Shown here piece after piece: positions 9,555 through 18,951 of a stretch of DNA of 64,000 bases. The position numbers were made by a program, and so were the translations under genes. Numbering within the stretch: position 1 is the first letter of the stretch; each line of letters begins with the position of its first letter. Origin of the DNA: Fibrobacteria bacterium (GTDB taxonomy: Bacteria > Fibrobacterota > Chitinivibrionia > Chitinivibrionales > FEN-1185); NCBI GenBank assembly GCA_037447435.1, contig JBBIGR010000003.1, positions 140,443-204,442 of the forward strand. Reading direction: 5' to 3'. The notes under the pieces were generated by a model. It worked only from the letters and a program-made list of their open reading frames with translations, was not told the DNA's origin and made no database searches.

Positions 9555-11552
9555 TTATTTCGTATCCAAAGGCTGCCATAATTGGCTGTAATTAAATAAA
9601 TCGCGCGACACCATCATGTAAATGACCACCCGTTTTTTGTCCAAAGCGTTTTTACGTGCCCGATAAAATTTATCCCGCACCAAGGGGCCGCCGCCCCAGC
9701 TGGTAACGATATCAACGGGAATTTGTGTTTGCGCCGCAATATGCGCTCCAACGCCGGCAGCTTTACAATCCACTAATTCAAAGACGCCGGTAAAACTGTC
9801 GCCGATGAGCATAACGGGCGCATCGGGATTGCCGCCTTTAAAAGCCGCACCGTCGGGAGTGAATACCCGTTGCGCGGCAAGTTCCACGGCGTTAAAGGAG
9901 GTTTTGTCGGCTTCCGCAAGTTTGTCGACTATGTCGCCCTGGCGCAAAAACGTCGTGTCTTTGACCGTGTACTTGACTTTAGGCACTTCGGAATACCAGG
10001 AATACGTCTTGATCCTGTCCGACAATGCTTGAGCCGCGATTGCCAGACCTCTGGATGTCCAATGCGTGTCGTGTTTTTGATACAGGGCTTCCTTGCTTTT
10101 CTCGTCATCCTTTTTTGCGGCCAAAAATGCAGGTAACAAATCGACGACTTCAACGCCGGCTGCTTGAATGTCCTTCAGCATTTTCCGGGCATAGGGATGG
10201 ATTAATTCGTAATTGTCTTTCGGTGCATTATTCAAAGGCAATTTGTCGTAATACACATCCGATTTATTGGGGATCGGGACAAATAAAAGGGATATGTTTT
10301 TGCTTTTAAGGATTTTGTTGAATTCGATGAGATGCGGTATCGGGTTTTTGTCCGGTGCCTGTAAAGACATGTCGCCGCTGTTCAGGTACGATGCTTCGCC
10401 CCTGAAAAACAGCCAATTATCCTTGCCTTTAAAACCCATTTGCGCCGCGGGTAATGCGTTTACATAAGAAAGAAGCGAAGCCCGGAACGGTTCGTCTTTT
10501 TTAGCCCAGGCCGGGTAATCGCCGTTGGTTTTAATTTCCATTTCGAAACGGGTATTGTTGTCCTTGAAATTTTTCGAGACCGCCGAGTCTAACACGTGGG
10601 GGACAGACCGGGCGGCAGGCGAAGTCGCTGCTTGCGCAACAGCGGGTTTTTCGGCTCCGAAATCGACGAGATACACGTTGAAAAGTTTTTTCCCGTACGG
10701 CGTACCGCGAATGACAACCAAAGGATTTGCAACGGTTTGGCCTTTGAGCTCCTTGACAATATCTTTTTCGGTTTCAGGAGTCGGCCACTTTGATTGCCCC
10801 GTCATGTCGACGACATCGGTATTAAGTTTTGGGTACCAGTACGAAGCAAGAACATTGGCCCAATCAACGACCTGGTCTTTTGTAAGTATTGTTTTGCAAT
10901 AATCGTTTTGTATCCACAAAAGCGCCTTTGCCAGTACGGTTTTGTCAACAGACGCCAGGTTCAGTTTACCGTATACTTCTTTGAATCCGTCTTTGTCTTC
11001 GTCGCCAATGGTAGGGTCTAAAAATTTGACCCATGGTTTAAATTCCACTTTGACCCACAGCTCCGCCGATTCGCCGCTCCCATGAATATAAACGGCAGCG
11101 ATTTCCTGATAGGGAATGAATATCGATTCATCGCCCCATTTATAACCGGCAATTTTAGCGACCACCTGCGCGATGGCATCGGATTTGGTTATTTCCCACA
11201 ATTTGTTCGCAAGCGGGTCCCATGCCAAAGCATTTTGCTTTTCCGCATCGGTTAGAGGCGTTTGGGACAAAGTGGCGCATTGATTGATAAGAGCGCCGTT
11301 GAAGGTCATGTCGCCGATCCCCGGCTTTTTCGCCGGTTTTTTTGGCGATTGCGGCGCAGGGTCGAAGCGCACGGGATTTGCCGAATAGGCCGCATAATCG
11401 AGATTCGCTAGCGTCGGCACGGCAATGGACCGTATCATGACGCGCGACGTTACACGGTTATAATTTTTATTCACCTGTTCATAGGGTTTTGCGTTTACGA
11501 GCATTGCCGAACAAACAAGAAATGCAACAACAGCCTTTTTGTAATGTGACAT
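9555..11552 (-). CDS. AlgJ/AlgX-like SGNH O-acetyltransferase with long N-terminal extension
   Basis: GKDNWLFF, PIPNKS, HDTHW, LIGDSF; signal peptide. Confidence 0.82.
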   Translation of the reverse strand: MSHYKKAVVAFLVCSAMLVNAKPYEQVNKNYNRVTSRVMIRSIAVPTLANLDYAAYSANPVRFDPAPQSPKKPAKKPGIGDMTFNGALINQCATLSQTPLTDAEKQNALAWDPLANKLWEITKSDAIAQVVAKIAGYKWGDESIFIPYQEIAAVYIHGSGESAELWVKVEFKPWVKFLDPTIGDEDKDGFKEVYGKLNLASVDKTVLAKALLWIQNDYCKTILTKDQVVDWANVLASYWYPKLNTDVVDMTGQSKWPTPETEKDIVKELKGQTVANPLVVIRGTPYGKKLFNVYLVDFGAEKPAVAQAATSPAARSVPHVLDSAVSKNFKDNNTRFEMEIKTNGDYPAWAKKDEPFRASLLSYVNALPAAQMGFKGKDNWLFFRGEASYLNSGDMSLQAPDKNPIPHLIEFNKILKSKNISLLFVPIPNKSDVYYDKLPLNNAPKDNYELIHPYARKMLKDIQAAGVEVVDLLPAFLAAKKDDEKSKEALYQKHDTHWTSRGLAIAAQALSDRIKTYSWYSEVPKVKYTVKDTTFLRQGDIVDKLAEADKTSFNAVELAAQRVFTPDGAAFKGGNPDAPVMLIGDSFTGVFELVDCKAAGVGAHIAAQTQIPVDIVTSWGGGPLVRDKFYRARKNALDKKRVVIYMMVSRDLFNYSQLWQPLDTK

Positions 11553-11570
11553 TTTTATAGATCCTTTTTA

Positions 11571-11653
11571 CGGAGAGACGCACGGCGGTGCGACTCTCAT
11601 AAAATCGATTGTATTTTGCAAAGATACGAGACGCACCGCCGTGCGTCTCTCCG
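11571..11653. repeat. Inverted pair of REP-like palindromes (REPIN/BIME-like)
   Basis: CGGAGAGACGCACGGCGGTGCGACTCTC at 11571-11598 and its near reverse complement GAGACGCACCGCCGTGCGTCTCTCCG at 11628-11653; same GAGACGCAC core as 5196. Confidence 0.8.
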
Positions 11654-11674
11654 AGGAAATAATACCTGGGCGGT

Positions 11675-13324
11675 TTACTTTCCCGCTACCTGCAGCGGAA
11701 CGTCTTTCCACCCTTCTTCGCCAAACCTGAAATCGCGTTCAACCACTTCCCATACCACCACTTTTTTGCCGTTTAGCAGCGATGCCTTTCGCGCGAGCGA
11801 TTGGCGAACGAGCGTCGACGCGCCGCCGTCGTTGACAATAGAGGCAACCGGCTGCGAGAGTTCATAGGCGCAATGGGCTATCCATCCTGCGGAGCGAGGC
11901 TCGTCGGTCTGGTAAATGCGGGAGAAAGAGTCGCCCAAAATGAGAACCTGGGAATTCTTATAATCATCCTTGTAAAGGACCCGCGAGGTGGTGCCGGTGG
12001 CATCGTCTTTTGCAAGAGTGAATACCTGATAGCATTTTGTTTTTTCGGTGGGGAAGCTCATTCCCAAATCATGGATTTTAAGGGACGGCAGCGTTGTCAT
12101 GACGCCGACGTCGCCATTACGTTCGATAACGACCGAATCCAATTCATACGGAGTCGTTCCCGGAGTATACCAGGGATATTTTTTAATGCGTTCCGCAATA
12201 ACATGAGCCGCAAGCCTGGCACCGCGGGCGCGCCAATGCGTGTCTTTGGCAAGATACAGAGAATCGCCGGCAATCGCGTCGTTTTTGCGTTCCTGTGCAA
12301 ATGCGGAAAACAAATCCACCGCTTCGACGCCGTTTTTGCCCAATTCCTGAATAATTTTCAGGGAATGGCTGAAAGTCCCTGATTTGTCGGGAGAGACTTT
12401 CGAATTAAGAATGTCGGGATAAATGCTGGCCTTGACAGGTATTATCATGACAAGGAGGTCTATGCCGCGCTGCTGCAGCTGGTCCTTGAATTTGACAATC
12501 GCTTTGATCGGATCGTCGGACAAGGGCTTGTCGTTCGGATCCACAATGATGGAACGTGGATCGCGTACCGAGGGGCGAACAAGGTAATCGACATCCGGTT
12601 TGTAAAAGAACCAGTTGTTGACGTCGCCGGGAACCGCTTTTTCTCCAAGGTCATCAAACAAAACAAAACGGGTATACAACATTGCCGGACGAATCGCCGT
12701 GGCGAATACCGACGTGTTTTCCATTTCCTTTTCATAGGGCCTCAGATACAAATCGTTCCAAAAAATGTGCGGAATGTTTTTTGTCGCAAGCAGAGGAACG
12801 CTGACGGTTGTTTTCTTGGGGTTTTGCGCGATAAGGTCCGCGATTTGTGCCTGGATTCCGTGAACCGAAACAGTAAGGGAATCCGCTGAGGCACCGTTTC
12901 TTAGCGCAGTCAAAACATCCGAAAATCCCTGGGAAAGACTGCCGAGCTTTGCAAAAAGTTCAGTCGTCGTATCTGCTTTGACATGGCGGTTGATGGTCGA
13001 CGCGGATTTTTTAATATCCGAAACCAAAAACAGCGCGTCGTCGGCGATCTGTTCCGCAGTGCATGATTCCCATTTTTTGTCGGGCGCTACCGACCGGGAC
13101 TTATTGATTTCTGCGAGTAGATTCTCGGATTGCTTTTGCGTTTTAACCAAAAGCCCGTTTATTGCGTTCGCCTTGGAAAAAGGCGTGACAATCGCATCGA
13201 CAACCAGGTCGAGCGCTTGTACCTTGTGGTATTTGACATATTCGACGCACCCCTGGATGATCGGCACCGAATAAATCACTGCAAGGAAAAAAACGATAAA
13301 AACGATACTGTGTTTTCTATTCAT
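11675..13324 (-). CDS. AlgJ-like SGNH O-acetyltransferase with N-terminal membrane anchor
   Basis: NNWFFY, IPVKASIYP, KDTHW, LGDSFS, VWEVVERDF. Confidence 0.85.
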   Translation of the reverse strand: MNRKHSIVFIVFFLAVIYSVPIIQGCVEYVKYHKVQALDLVVDAIVTPFSKANAINGLLVKTQKQSENLLAEINKSRSVAPDKKWESCTAEQIADDALFLVSDIKKSASTINRHVKADTTTELFAKLGSLSQGFSDVLTALRNGASADSLTVSVHGIQAQIADLIAQNPKKTTVSVPLLATKNIPHIFWNDLYLRPYEKEMENTSVFATAIRPAMLYTRFVLFDDLGEKAVPGDVNNWFFYKPDVDYLVRPSVRDPRSIIVDPNDKPLSDDPIKAIVKFKDQLQQRGIDLLVMIIPVKASIYPDILNSKVSPDKSGTFSHSLKIIQELGKNGVEAVDLFSAFAQERKNDAIAGDSLYLAKDTHWRARGARLAAHVIAERIKKYPWYTPGTTPYELDSVVIERNGDVGVMTTLPSLKIHDLGMSFPTEKTKCYQVFTLAKDDATGTTSRVLYKDDYKNSQVLILGDSFSRIYQTDEPRSAGWIAHCAYELSQPVASIVNDGGASTLVRQSLARKASLLNGKKVVVWEVVERDFRFGEEGWKDVPLQVAGK

Positions 13325-13397
13325 TGTATTAGTCCTCTTTGAAACTTTTCATTATTTAAAATCAATAAAATCCTGTTTGTTATCTCTTATGCTATGC

Positions 13398-14825
13398 TCA
13401 GAACTGGAAATATAAAAAGGGATTGAACGTTTGAGTGAACATACCGCAAATTGCCAATAAAAACAGGACTGCGCAAACCGCCATTTTGGGTAAAGTCAGC
13501 TTTTTTACCCAATCATGGGCTTGTATCGGCTGTAATACGAGAATTGCGCACAATACCATTTCAAAGATATGCCGGGGAGTAAATATTTGACTGCTCAGAA
13601 GCGCGGCAGACGCCACGGGTTTGACAACTCCGACCATGGATCCCCAGTATGCAAGGCCTTGCTTAAGATCCGGAGCGCGGAATACCACCCAACCAAACAG
13701 CACGAGAATATTGGTGATGACGATTTGAAGCCACACGGGTAACCAGGCATAGACGGTCTTTTTTCCAATCAGGCGTTCAAAAACAAGAAACAGTCCCTGA
13801 TACAATCCCCATACTACGAAAGTGTATTTTGCTCCATGCCACAAACCGCAGAGGAAAAAGGTAAGACAAAGGTTGAAATAGGTACGGCCGTTGCCTTTTC
13901 TGTTTCCTCCCAATGCTCCTATGTATAGATAATCCATGATGAATGCGGACAAGGTCATATGCCATCTCTTCCAGAACATCTGAATACTGGTAGAGAGGTA
14001 CGGCGCGTTGAAGTTCTTCGGAAACTCGATGCCAAGCATTTTCGCGAGTCCAACCGCCATGTCCGAATAACCGCAGAAATCGAAATAAATCTGGAAATGA
14101 TACGCAAGAATTCCCCACCATGAGTTTATCACGCCCGGATTATCCGCACCAAAAACCGCATCGGCAACAGCACCCGCAGAGTTGGCAAGAAGGATCTTTT
14201 TTGCAAATCCCAGCATGAAAATACCGAGTCCGGTTGTAAACTTTTCAACAGTATGGGTACGGACGGCAAGCTGTTCAGCTACCGTGCTGTAACGAATAAT
14301 TGGGCCGGCAATAAGGTGCGGAAACAAACCGATAAAACAGGAAAATGTTGGAAAATTGCGTGCGGGTTGTGCATCGCCGCGATACAAATCGATGGTATAA
14401 CTTAATGCGACGAACGTGTAAAACGAAATACCCGAAGGCAGCAGGATGTTCATCACGTGGAAGTAATTTGGTCCTAAACCTAAAAGCCCCATGATATGGT
14501 TGACGTTTTCCATTGTAAACATGTAGTACTTGAAAAACAAAAGCAGTCCCATATCGCCGATGATGGCGGTCATGAGCGCGGCCTTTCGCTTCCACTGATC
14601 CTGGTTCGGTTTTGTGATGATTTTTCCGCAGACATAATCCCAGGTGGTGGACGCAAACATGAGCACGACAAACCATGGAACGAGCCAGCCGTAGAATATG
14701 TAACTGGCAATGGTTATCCAGGTATTTTTGGGATAAAGCCCTTTCCACTGAAACGGCAAAAGGTAATAAATAGCAAAGAAAATCGGCAAAAAGTAGAATA
14801 AAAATATATGCGACGAGAAAACCAT
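13398..14825 (-). CDS. algI: MBOAT family O-acyltransferase (AlgI/PatA-like)
   Basis: MVFSSHIFL start with GAGGAG RBS; GISFYTF, LIAGPIIRY, YFDFCGYSDMA, FWKRWH, GLWHGA, PFLYFQF. Confidence 0.9.
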   Translation of the reverse strand: MVFSSHIFLFYFLPIFFAIYYLLPFQWKGLYPKNTWITIASYIFYGWLVPWFVVLMFASTTWDYVCGKIITKPNQDQWKRKAALMTAIIGDMGLLLFFKYYMFTMENVNHIMGLLGLGPNYFHVMNILLPSGISFYTFVALSYTIDLYRGDAQPARNFPTFSCFIGLFPHLIAGPIIRYSTVAEQLAVRTHTVEKFTTGLGIFMLGFAKKILLANSAGAVADAVFGADNPGVINSWWGILAYHFQIYFDFCGYSDMAVGLAKMLGIEFPKNFNAPYLSTSIQMFWKRWHMTLSAFIMDYLYIGALGGNRKGNGRTYFNLCLTFFLCGLWHGAKYTFVVWGLYQGLFLVFERLIGKKTVYAWLPVWLQIVITNILVLFGWVVFRAPDLKQGLAYWGSMVGVVKPVASAALLSSQIFTPRHIFEMVLCAILVLQPIQAHDWVKKLTLPKMAVCAVLFLLAICGMFTQTFNPFLYFQF

Positions 14826-14937
14826 AATTAAATACTCCTCGGGTTGTGTCACCCCTACGCAGAAGGCCCCGATAAAATCGTGATCTTCTGGGTAGGGGAT
14901 AAAGTCAAAGGCCTTCTGGAAAAATGCGTTCTAAAAA

Positions 14938-15462
14938 TTACTGTGCAAGGTCGGTTCTTACCGCGAAATATTTATCGAGGTTAGAGTCCGTGTATTCATC
15001 CTCAACCGCGTCCTTCCAGACTTTATCTATAGGCTTGATCAATGTCAGTTTGTGTTTGGCGCCAACGTCGAATTTGTCCGCATTGCCTGCCACGCATTTT
15101 TTCATCGCGTCTTTGATTTGAGCCCGGGGAATAAGCGGATTATACTGGCCCACGAGAATGTCTTGTTCTTTATAGGTACCTTTGACGACGGTGAGTACGC
15201 GGTATTTCATGACGTACACATAATTGTACAGATCGTTCGGCGCGAATTTACCGGGAATTTCGGTAATGCGTGCGACCACAACAAGGGTATCGTTTGTTTT
15301 CGAAGTCGCCGTTGTTTCTTTTTTAGCAACGGGCGCAGCGGTTGCTTTGTCGGTTTTTACGGCCGGCTTTTTTGCGGCCGGAGAATCGGCCTGGGCAAAA
15401 CATAATGAAACGAATGCTGCGCTGCAAAGCAGTCCTTTACATATGGTGGAAATGGGCTTCAT
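14938..15462 (-). CDS. Exported hypothetical protein
   Basis: Signal peptide, Ala/Lys/Thr-rich linker, small beta-rich domain; AGGAGG RBS. Confidence 0.75.
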   Translation of the reverse strand: MKPISTICKGLLCSAAFVSLCFAQADSPAAKKPAVKTDKATAAPVAKKETTATSKTNDTLVVVARITEIPGKFAPNDLYNYVYVMKYRVLTVVKGTYKEQDILVGQYNPLIPRAQIKDAMKKCVAGNADKFDVGAKHKLTLIKPIDKVWKDAVEDEYTDSNLDKYFAVRTDLAQ

Positions 15463-15500
15463 GAAAACCTCCTAAAAAGGGATGATGGTTATTATAGAGA

Positions 15501-16400
15501 TTAAGTTCTTGGAAAAACGTTTTTTAAAAAAAGCGAAACCTTTACCGGCGCATACCCCAAATCGTTTTGCGCCTCTGCCGGGTCCAGGTTCGCATCCTGG
15601 GTAATGCCGCAAATAGTTTGCCGTGACAATACCGGTTTTGACTGTGCAAACTTCAAGAAAAATGCGATAACAAAACACAACCATACGGGAATATGCGCTA
15701 TTTTCTTCTTTGTAAGTCCCATACAATCCAGGCATAACCGCGAAAAATCCTTTATCGAGACCGCTTCGCCTCCGCTGAAATTGTAGGTTTTCCCTATGGT
15801 CGTCTCATTGGAATGCAACGCAATAAGTCCTTTTATGATATCGTCGACAAAAACCGGGCGTTTGAGCGCGTTGCCGTTGCCAATGAAAGGAACGATTGGG
15901 AATTTTTTAAGATAATCGAGGTACATGTCGAATTCCTGCCCGCCCTGTTTTCCGTACACCAGCGTCGGCCGTATTATGGTAAACCGCAATCCCGATTGTT
16001 TGACAATTGATTCTGCGGATCGTTTGGATAACGAATAAGGTGTCGGATTCGGATACACGACCGATGCGCTTGACACATATATAAAATGATCCACGGACGA
16101 TCGTACCGCTTCCGCCACGATGTTTTTTGTACCCTGTACATTGATCGTATCGAATTTCGTTTTGTCCGGTGAAATGATGATTGCCGCAAGATGATACACG
16201 GTTGTAACGCCGTCGCAAAGTCCGGCGCAGTCCTTTTTGTTACTTATATCGCCGTAGCGGATATCGCTGCAGAATTCGCGTATCCGTTCAACGGCTTTAT
16301 CATTGGGTATGCAAAGCACCCGAATCCGCTGGCCCCTCTGCGCAAAATGCCTCACCAGCACGCTTCCCATTGCTCCGCATCCGCCGGTGATCAATATCAT
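15501..16400 (-). CDS. NAD-dependent epimerase/dehydratase (extended SDR)
   Basis: ILITGGCGAMG, HLAA, YSLSK (YxxxK), IRPTLVYG. Confidence 0.88.
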   Translation of the reverse strand: MILITGGCGAMGSVLVRHFAQRGQRIRVLCIPNDKAVERIREFCSDIRYGDISNKKDCAGLCDGVTTVYHLAAIIISPDKTKFDTINVQGTKNIVAEAVRSSVDHFIYVSSASVVYPNPTPYSLSKRSAESIVKQSGLRFTIIRPTLVYGKQGGQEFDMYLDYLKKFPIVPFIGNGNALKRPVFVDDIIKGLIALHSNETTIGKTYNFSGGEAVSIKDFSRLCLDCMGLTKKKIAHIPVWLCFVIAFFLKFAQSKPVLSRQTICGITQDANLDPAEAQNDLGYAPVKVSLFLKNVFPRT

Positions 16401-17125
16401 AACGTTTTGTACTTTCCCATCGCAAATTTCCCCATTACCAGTAATACCCGTAAACCATAGGTCAAAGGGTTTAAATATGAAATTTCCCCCGCATAGCGAG
16501 TCGGTATCGGCATTTCACGGATATTTAAATTCCCGGTTTTGGCACAGGCTATGACTTCCAAATCAAAATCAAACGAAGAACTCAAGCGGTAAAATGGAAT
16601 CGTGTTCAACGCATTTCTACCATAAAAAAGCATTCCGCTGTGGTAATCGGTCATTGATAAATCGAAAACCTTATTTTCAAAGAACGTCAGAATTCTGTTT
16701 GCAATATATTTGTATAACGGCATTCCTCCGGATAACGCGGTTCCCGAAGCGATCCGGGAACCCTGAAGGATGTCGATGGATTCTTTCGACATTTTATTGA
16801 CGAATTCGACGATGCATTCTGGCGGATACTGGCCGTCGCTGTGAAGGCATACCGCAAAATCGCAATCGTCCTGCATGCAACGTACCAAACCTTCCCGTAC
16901 CGTTTTTCCATACCCGCGGTTCCAACCAAAATGAATGCATCGAATCTTGTCATTAGCTTTTGCCAGAGCGTCGGCCGTTTCTTTTGTTGCGTCTTTAGAA
17001 CCGTCGTCGATGATCCACACATGCTCGACGATATTCCATAGGTCGTCCGAAAATCTTGCCAAGAGGCCCGGAAGCGTTTGGGACGCATTATATGCCGGAA
17101 TAAAAATTGAAATCCGGGAGTCAAT
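16397..17125 (-). CDS. GT2 glycosyltransferase (polyprenol-phosphate glycosyltransferase-like)
   Basis: IIDDGSKD, NRGYG, HSDGQY, GSR, TDYHSG. The N-terminal ISIFIPAYNA motif lies in frame upstream of the first TTG (17062), so the start is extended to ATT 17125 (or CTG 17128). Confidence 0.85.
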   Translation of the reverse strand: MDSRISIFIPAYNASQTLPGLLARFSDDLWNIVEHVWIIDDGSKDATKETADALAKANDKIRCIHFGWNRGYGKTVREGLVRCMQDDCDFAVCLHSDGQYPPECIVEFVNKMSKESIDILQGSRIASGTALSGGMPLYKYIANRILTFFENKVFDLSMTDYHSGMLFYGRNALNTIPFYRLSSSFDFDLEVIACAKTGNLNIREMPIPTRYAGEISYLNPLTYGLRVLLVMGKFAMGKYKTL

Positions 17126-18213
17126 CAGATGGCCTCCCGTTTTAAAATGAGACCGCCGTATTCCTTTATGTAAAAAGCCATGGTTGTTTTCAGAGCGTCC
17201 GCAAGCGGCGTTTCAGGATTCCAATTGAGCAAGGTCTTTGCCTTCGTGATGTCCGGAATGCGGCGATCGGAATCTTCGTATCCCGGTCCGTAAAAGTCCT
17301 GCCCTGTCACTTGCTCGATCAGCGAAGGGCCTCCCGCACAATCGGGGCGGAGTTCTCCGTATACACGGATCATGAGATGGGCGAGGTCTTTGATTGTAAT
17401 TTCATTGTCCGGGTTGCCGATATTGAAAATGTGGCGGTTTGCAATGTGGGGATTCGAAAGTATGGCCATGAGGGCATCGATAGCGTCGTCTATATAGGTG
17501 AAGCAACGGTAGTTTTTCCCGCCATTGACAAGCTTGAGCGTTGTACCGTTAAGCAACGCATCCATAAAACAGGCCAAAACGCGAGGGACGCCGTCGCCGT
17601 CGATTCCGGGGATAAAATCCATTCTCGGACCGATGAAATTAAAAGGCCGGATTATTGAATAGGGCAGTCCGTGTTCGATGCCGTGCGCGTAAATTGCCCG
17701 TTCGAGCAATTGCTTTGCGCACGCATACGACCATCGTTGGGCATGGACGGGTCCCAATACAAGCGGCGTCGCATCTTCGATAAAAACATCGGTATTCGGA
17801 TCAAACGGTTGCTGTGCGGCTGCCGAAACTGTTTTCCCGTACACTTCACAGGTGGAAAAATGGACCAGGTGTTTTTTAAGCTGTGAACATTTTTCAACAA
17901 TCGAAAGAGGACGGACAAAATTGCTCTGTATCACTTCAAGCGGGATTGTGTTGTACAAAGACGGATTGCACAATGCCGCCAACGATACGACGATATCGCT
18001 TTTTTCAATGAAATCCGCGGTATCGCGACAAGAGTCGATATCGCCTTTTGAAAATAAAAATCGTGGATCGCTCAGGGGGGGTCTTATTTTAGACTCGTCC
18101 CGGTCTATTCCCAGGACGAGCCAATTTGTGGTCGATAGTATGCGCTCAACGAGATGCGAACCGATGAATCCGCCGCAGCCGAGAACGCAGATTTTGAGTT
18201 GTGACATACTCAT
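17125..18213 (-). CDS. UDP-D-apiose/UDP-D-xylose synthase-like SDR
   Basis: GCGGFIG, LAALCNP, HFSTCEVYGKT, QRWSYACAKQL, RPFNFIGPRMDFIPGIDG..GVPRVLACF, FYGPGYEDSDRRIPD match my recollection of plant AXS/UAS motifs. Confidence 0.85.
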   Translation of the reverse strand: MSMSQLKICVLGCGGFIGSHLVERILSTTNWLVLGIDRDESKIRPPLSDPRFLFSKGDIDSCRDTADFIEKSDIVVSLAALCNPSLYNTIPLEVIQSNFVRPLSIVEKCSQLKKHLVHFSTCEVYGKTVSAAAQQPFDPNTDVFIEDATPLVLGPVHAQRWSYACAKQLLERAIYAHGIEHGLPYSIIRPFNFIGPRMDFIPGIDGDGVPRVLACFMDALLNGTTLKLVNGGKNYRCFTYIDDAIDALMAILSNPHIANRHIFNIGNPDNEITIKDLAHLMIRVYGELRPDCAGGPSLIEQVTGQDFYGPGYEDSDRRIPDITKAKTLLNWNPETPLADALKTTMAFYIKEYGGLILKREAI

Positions 18214-18241
18214 GGTATGAAATTTGGTTCTGCTGTCCTTT

Positions 18242-18928
18242 TTATTGTACGCTGAAAGTGCTGGATTTGTCAGAAAGCTGTAAATTGACATAATCTGCAA
18301 TTTTGATCATACATTGAGCGCTTGGAAAGGCAAATGGCGCACCGGTCCCGGTTTCAGAACCGATTTTCCAAGAATATGATGTCGTTGACACGTCGCTGAT
18401 TGAACTCTTTAACATATCTCCGAACGTTTTCCCGCCATCCGTCGAAAGCAACAACCTAAGTGAAGATAATTTAGAAGGTGTATCTTTCCATGTGATGGTT
18501 ACTGTCGAACCGTTGGTCAGTGTCTGCCCTGCAGTTGGCGATGTGATGACAAGATACTTAATTGAAAATAAAGCACTGACGCCGGCATCAAATGTGCCGC
18601 CATTATCTGCAACTTTTACCTGAAAACTATCGGTATAAGCAACGACGGGCACAACAACCTTTGCGGAATTGCTATTGACCGGTACGACAGTTGCAAATTG
18701 CTGCCAACCAGCCCCTAAATTAAAATTATAGGAAAGAGTGGGGGTGGCAACCGACTGAGTCCAGGAAACAACGAGCGTGTCACCCGCGCAAACCTTTTGC
18801 GCGGCAACGGGCGCGGTGATGGTAATCGCGGTTTTGGCTGCGGTCGGGCTTGAATCTCCGCAAGACAATCCAAGATACCCCAGTGCAAATAGCGCTGAAA
18901 CGTTTGCGAATAATATCGATTTTCTCAT
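18242..18928 (-). CDS. Lipoprotein with two Ig-like repeats
   Basis: Lipobox LGLSC; two units ITAP..G..L.VSW and ITSP..G..VTITW; alternative start 18952. Confidence 0.7.
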   Translation of the reverse strand: MRKSILFANVSALFALGYLGLSCGDSSPTAAKTAITITAPVAAQKVCAGDTLVVSWTQSVATPTLSYNFNLGAGWQQFATVVPVNSNSAKVVVPVVAYTDSFQVKVADNGGTFDAGVSALFSIKYLVITSPTAGQTLTNGSTVTITWKDTPSKLSSLRLLLSTDGGKTFGDMLKSSISDVSTTSYSWKIGSETGTGAPFAFPSAQCMIKIADYVNLQLSDKSSTFSVQ

Positions 18929-18951
18929 TTTTTTTGATCCTTTCGTTGACA

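Noticed and set aside
9555..14825. Alginate biosynthesis operon
   Set aside because: Only the acetylation module is present; no algD, alg8, alg44 or algE
17125..18213. ArnA / L-Ara4N lipid A modification pathway
   Set aside because: No formyltransferase domain and no arnB/arnT nearby; the Cys-containing motifs fit apiose synthase better
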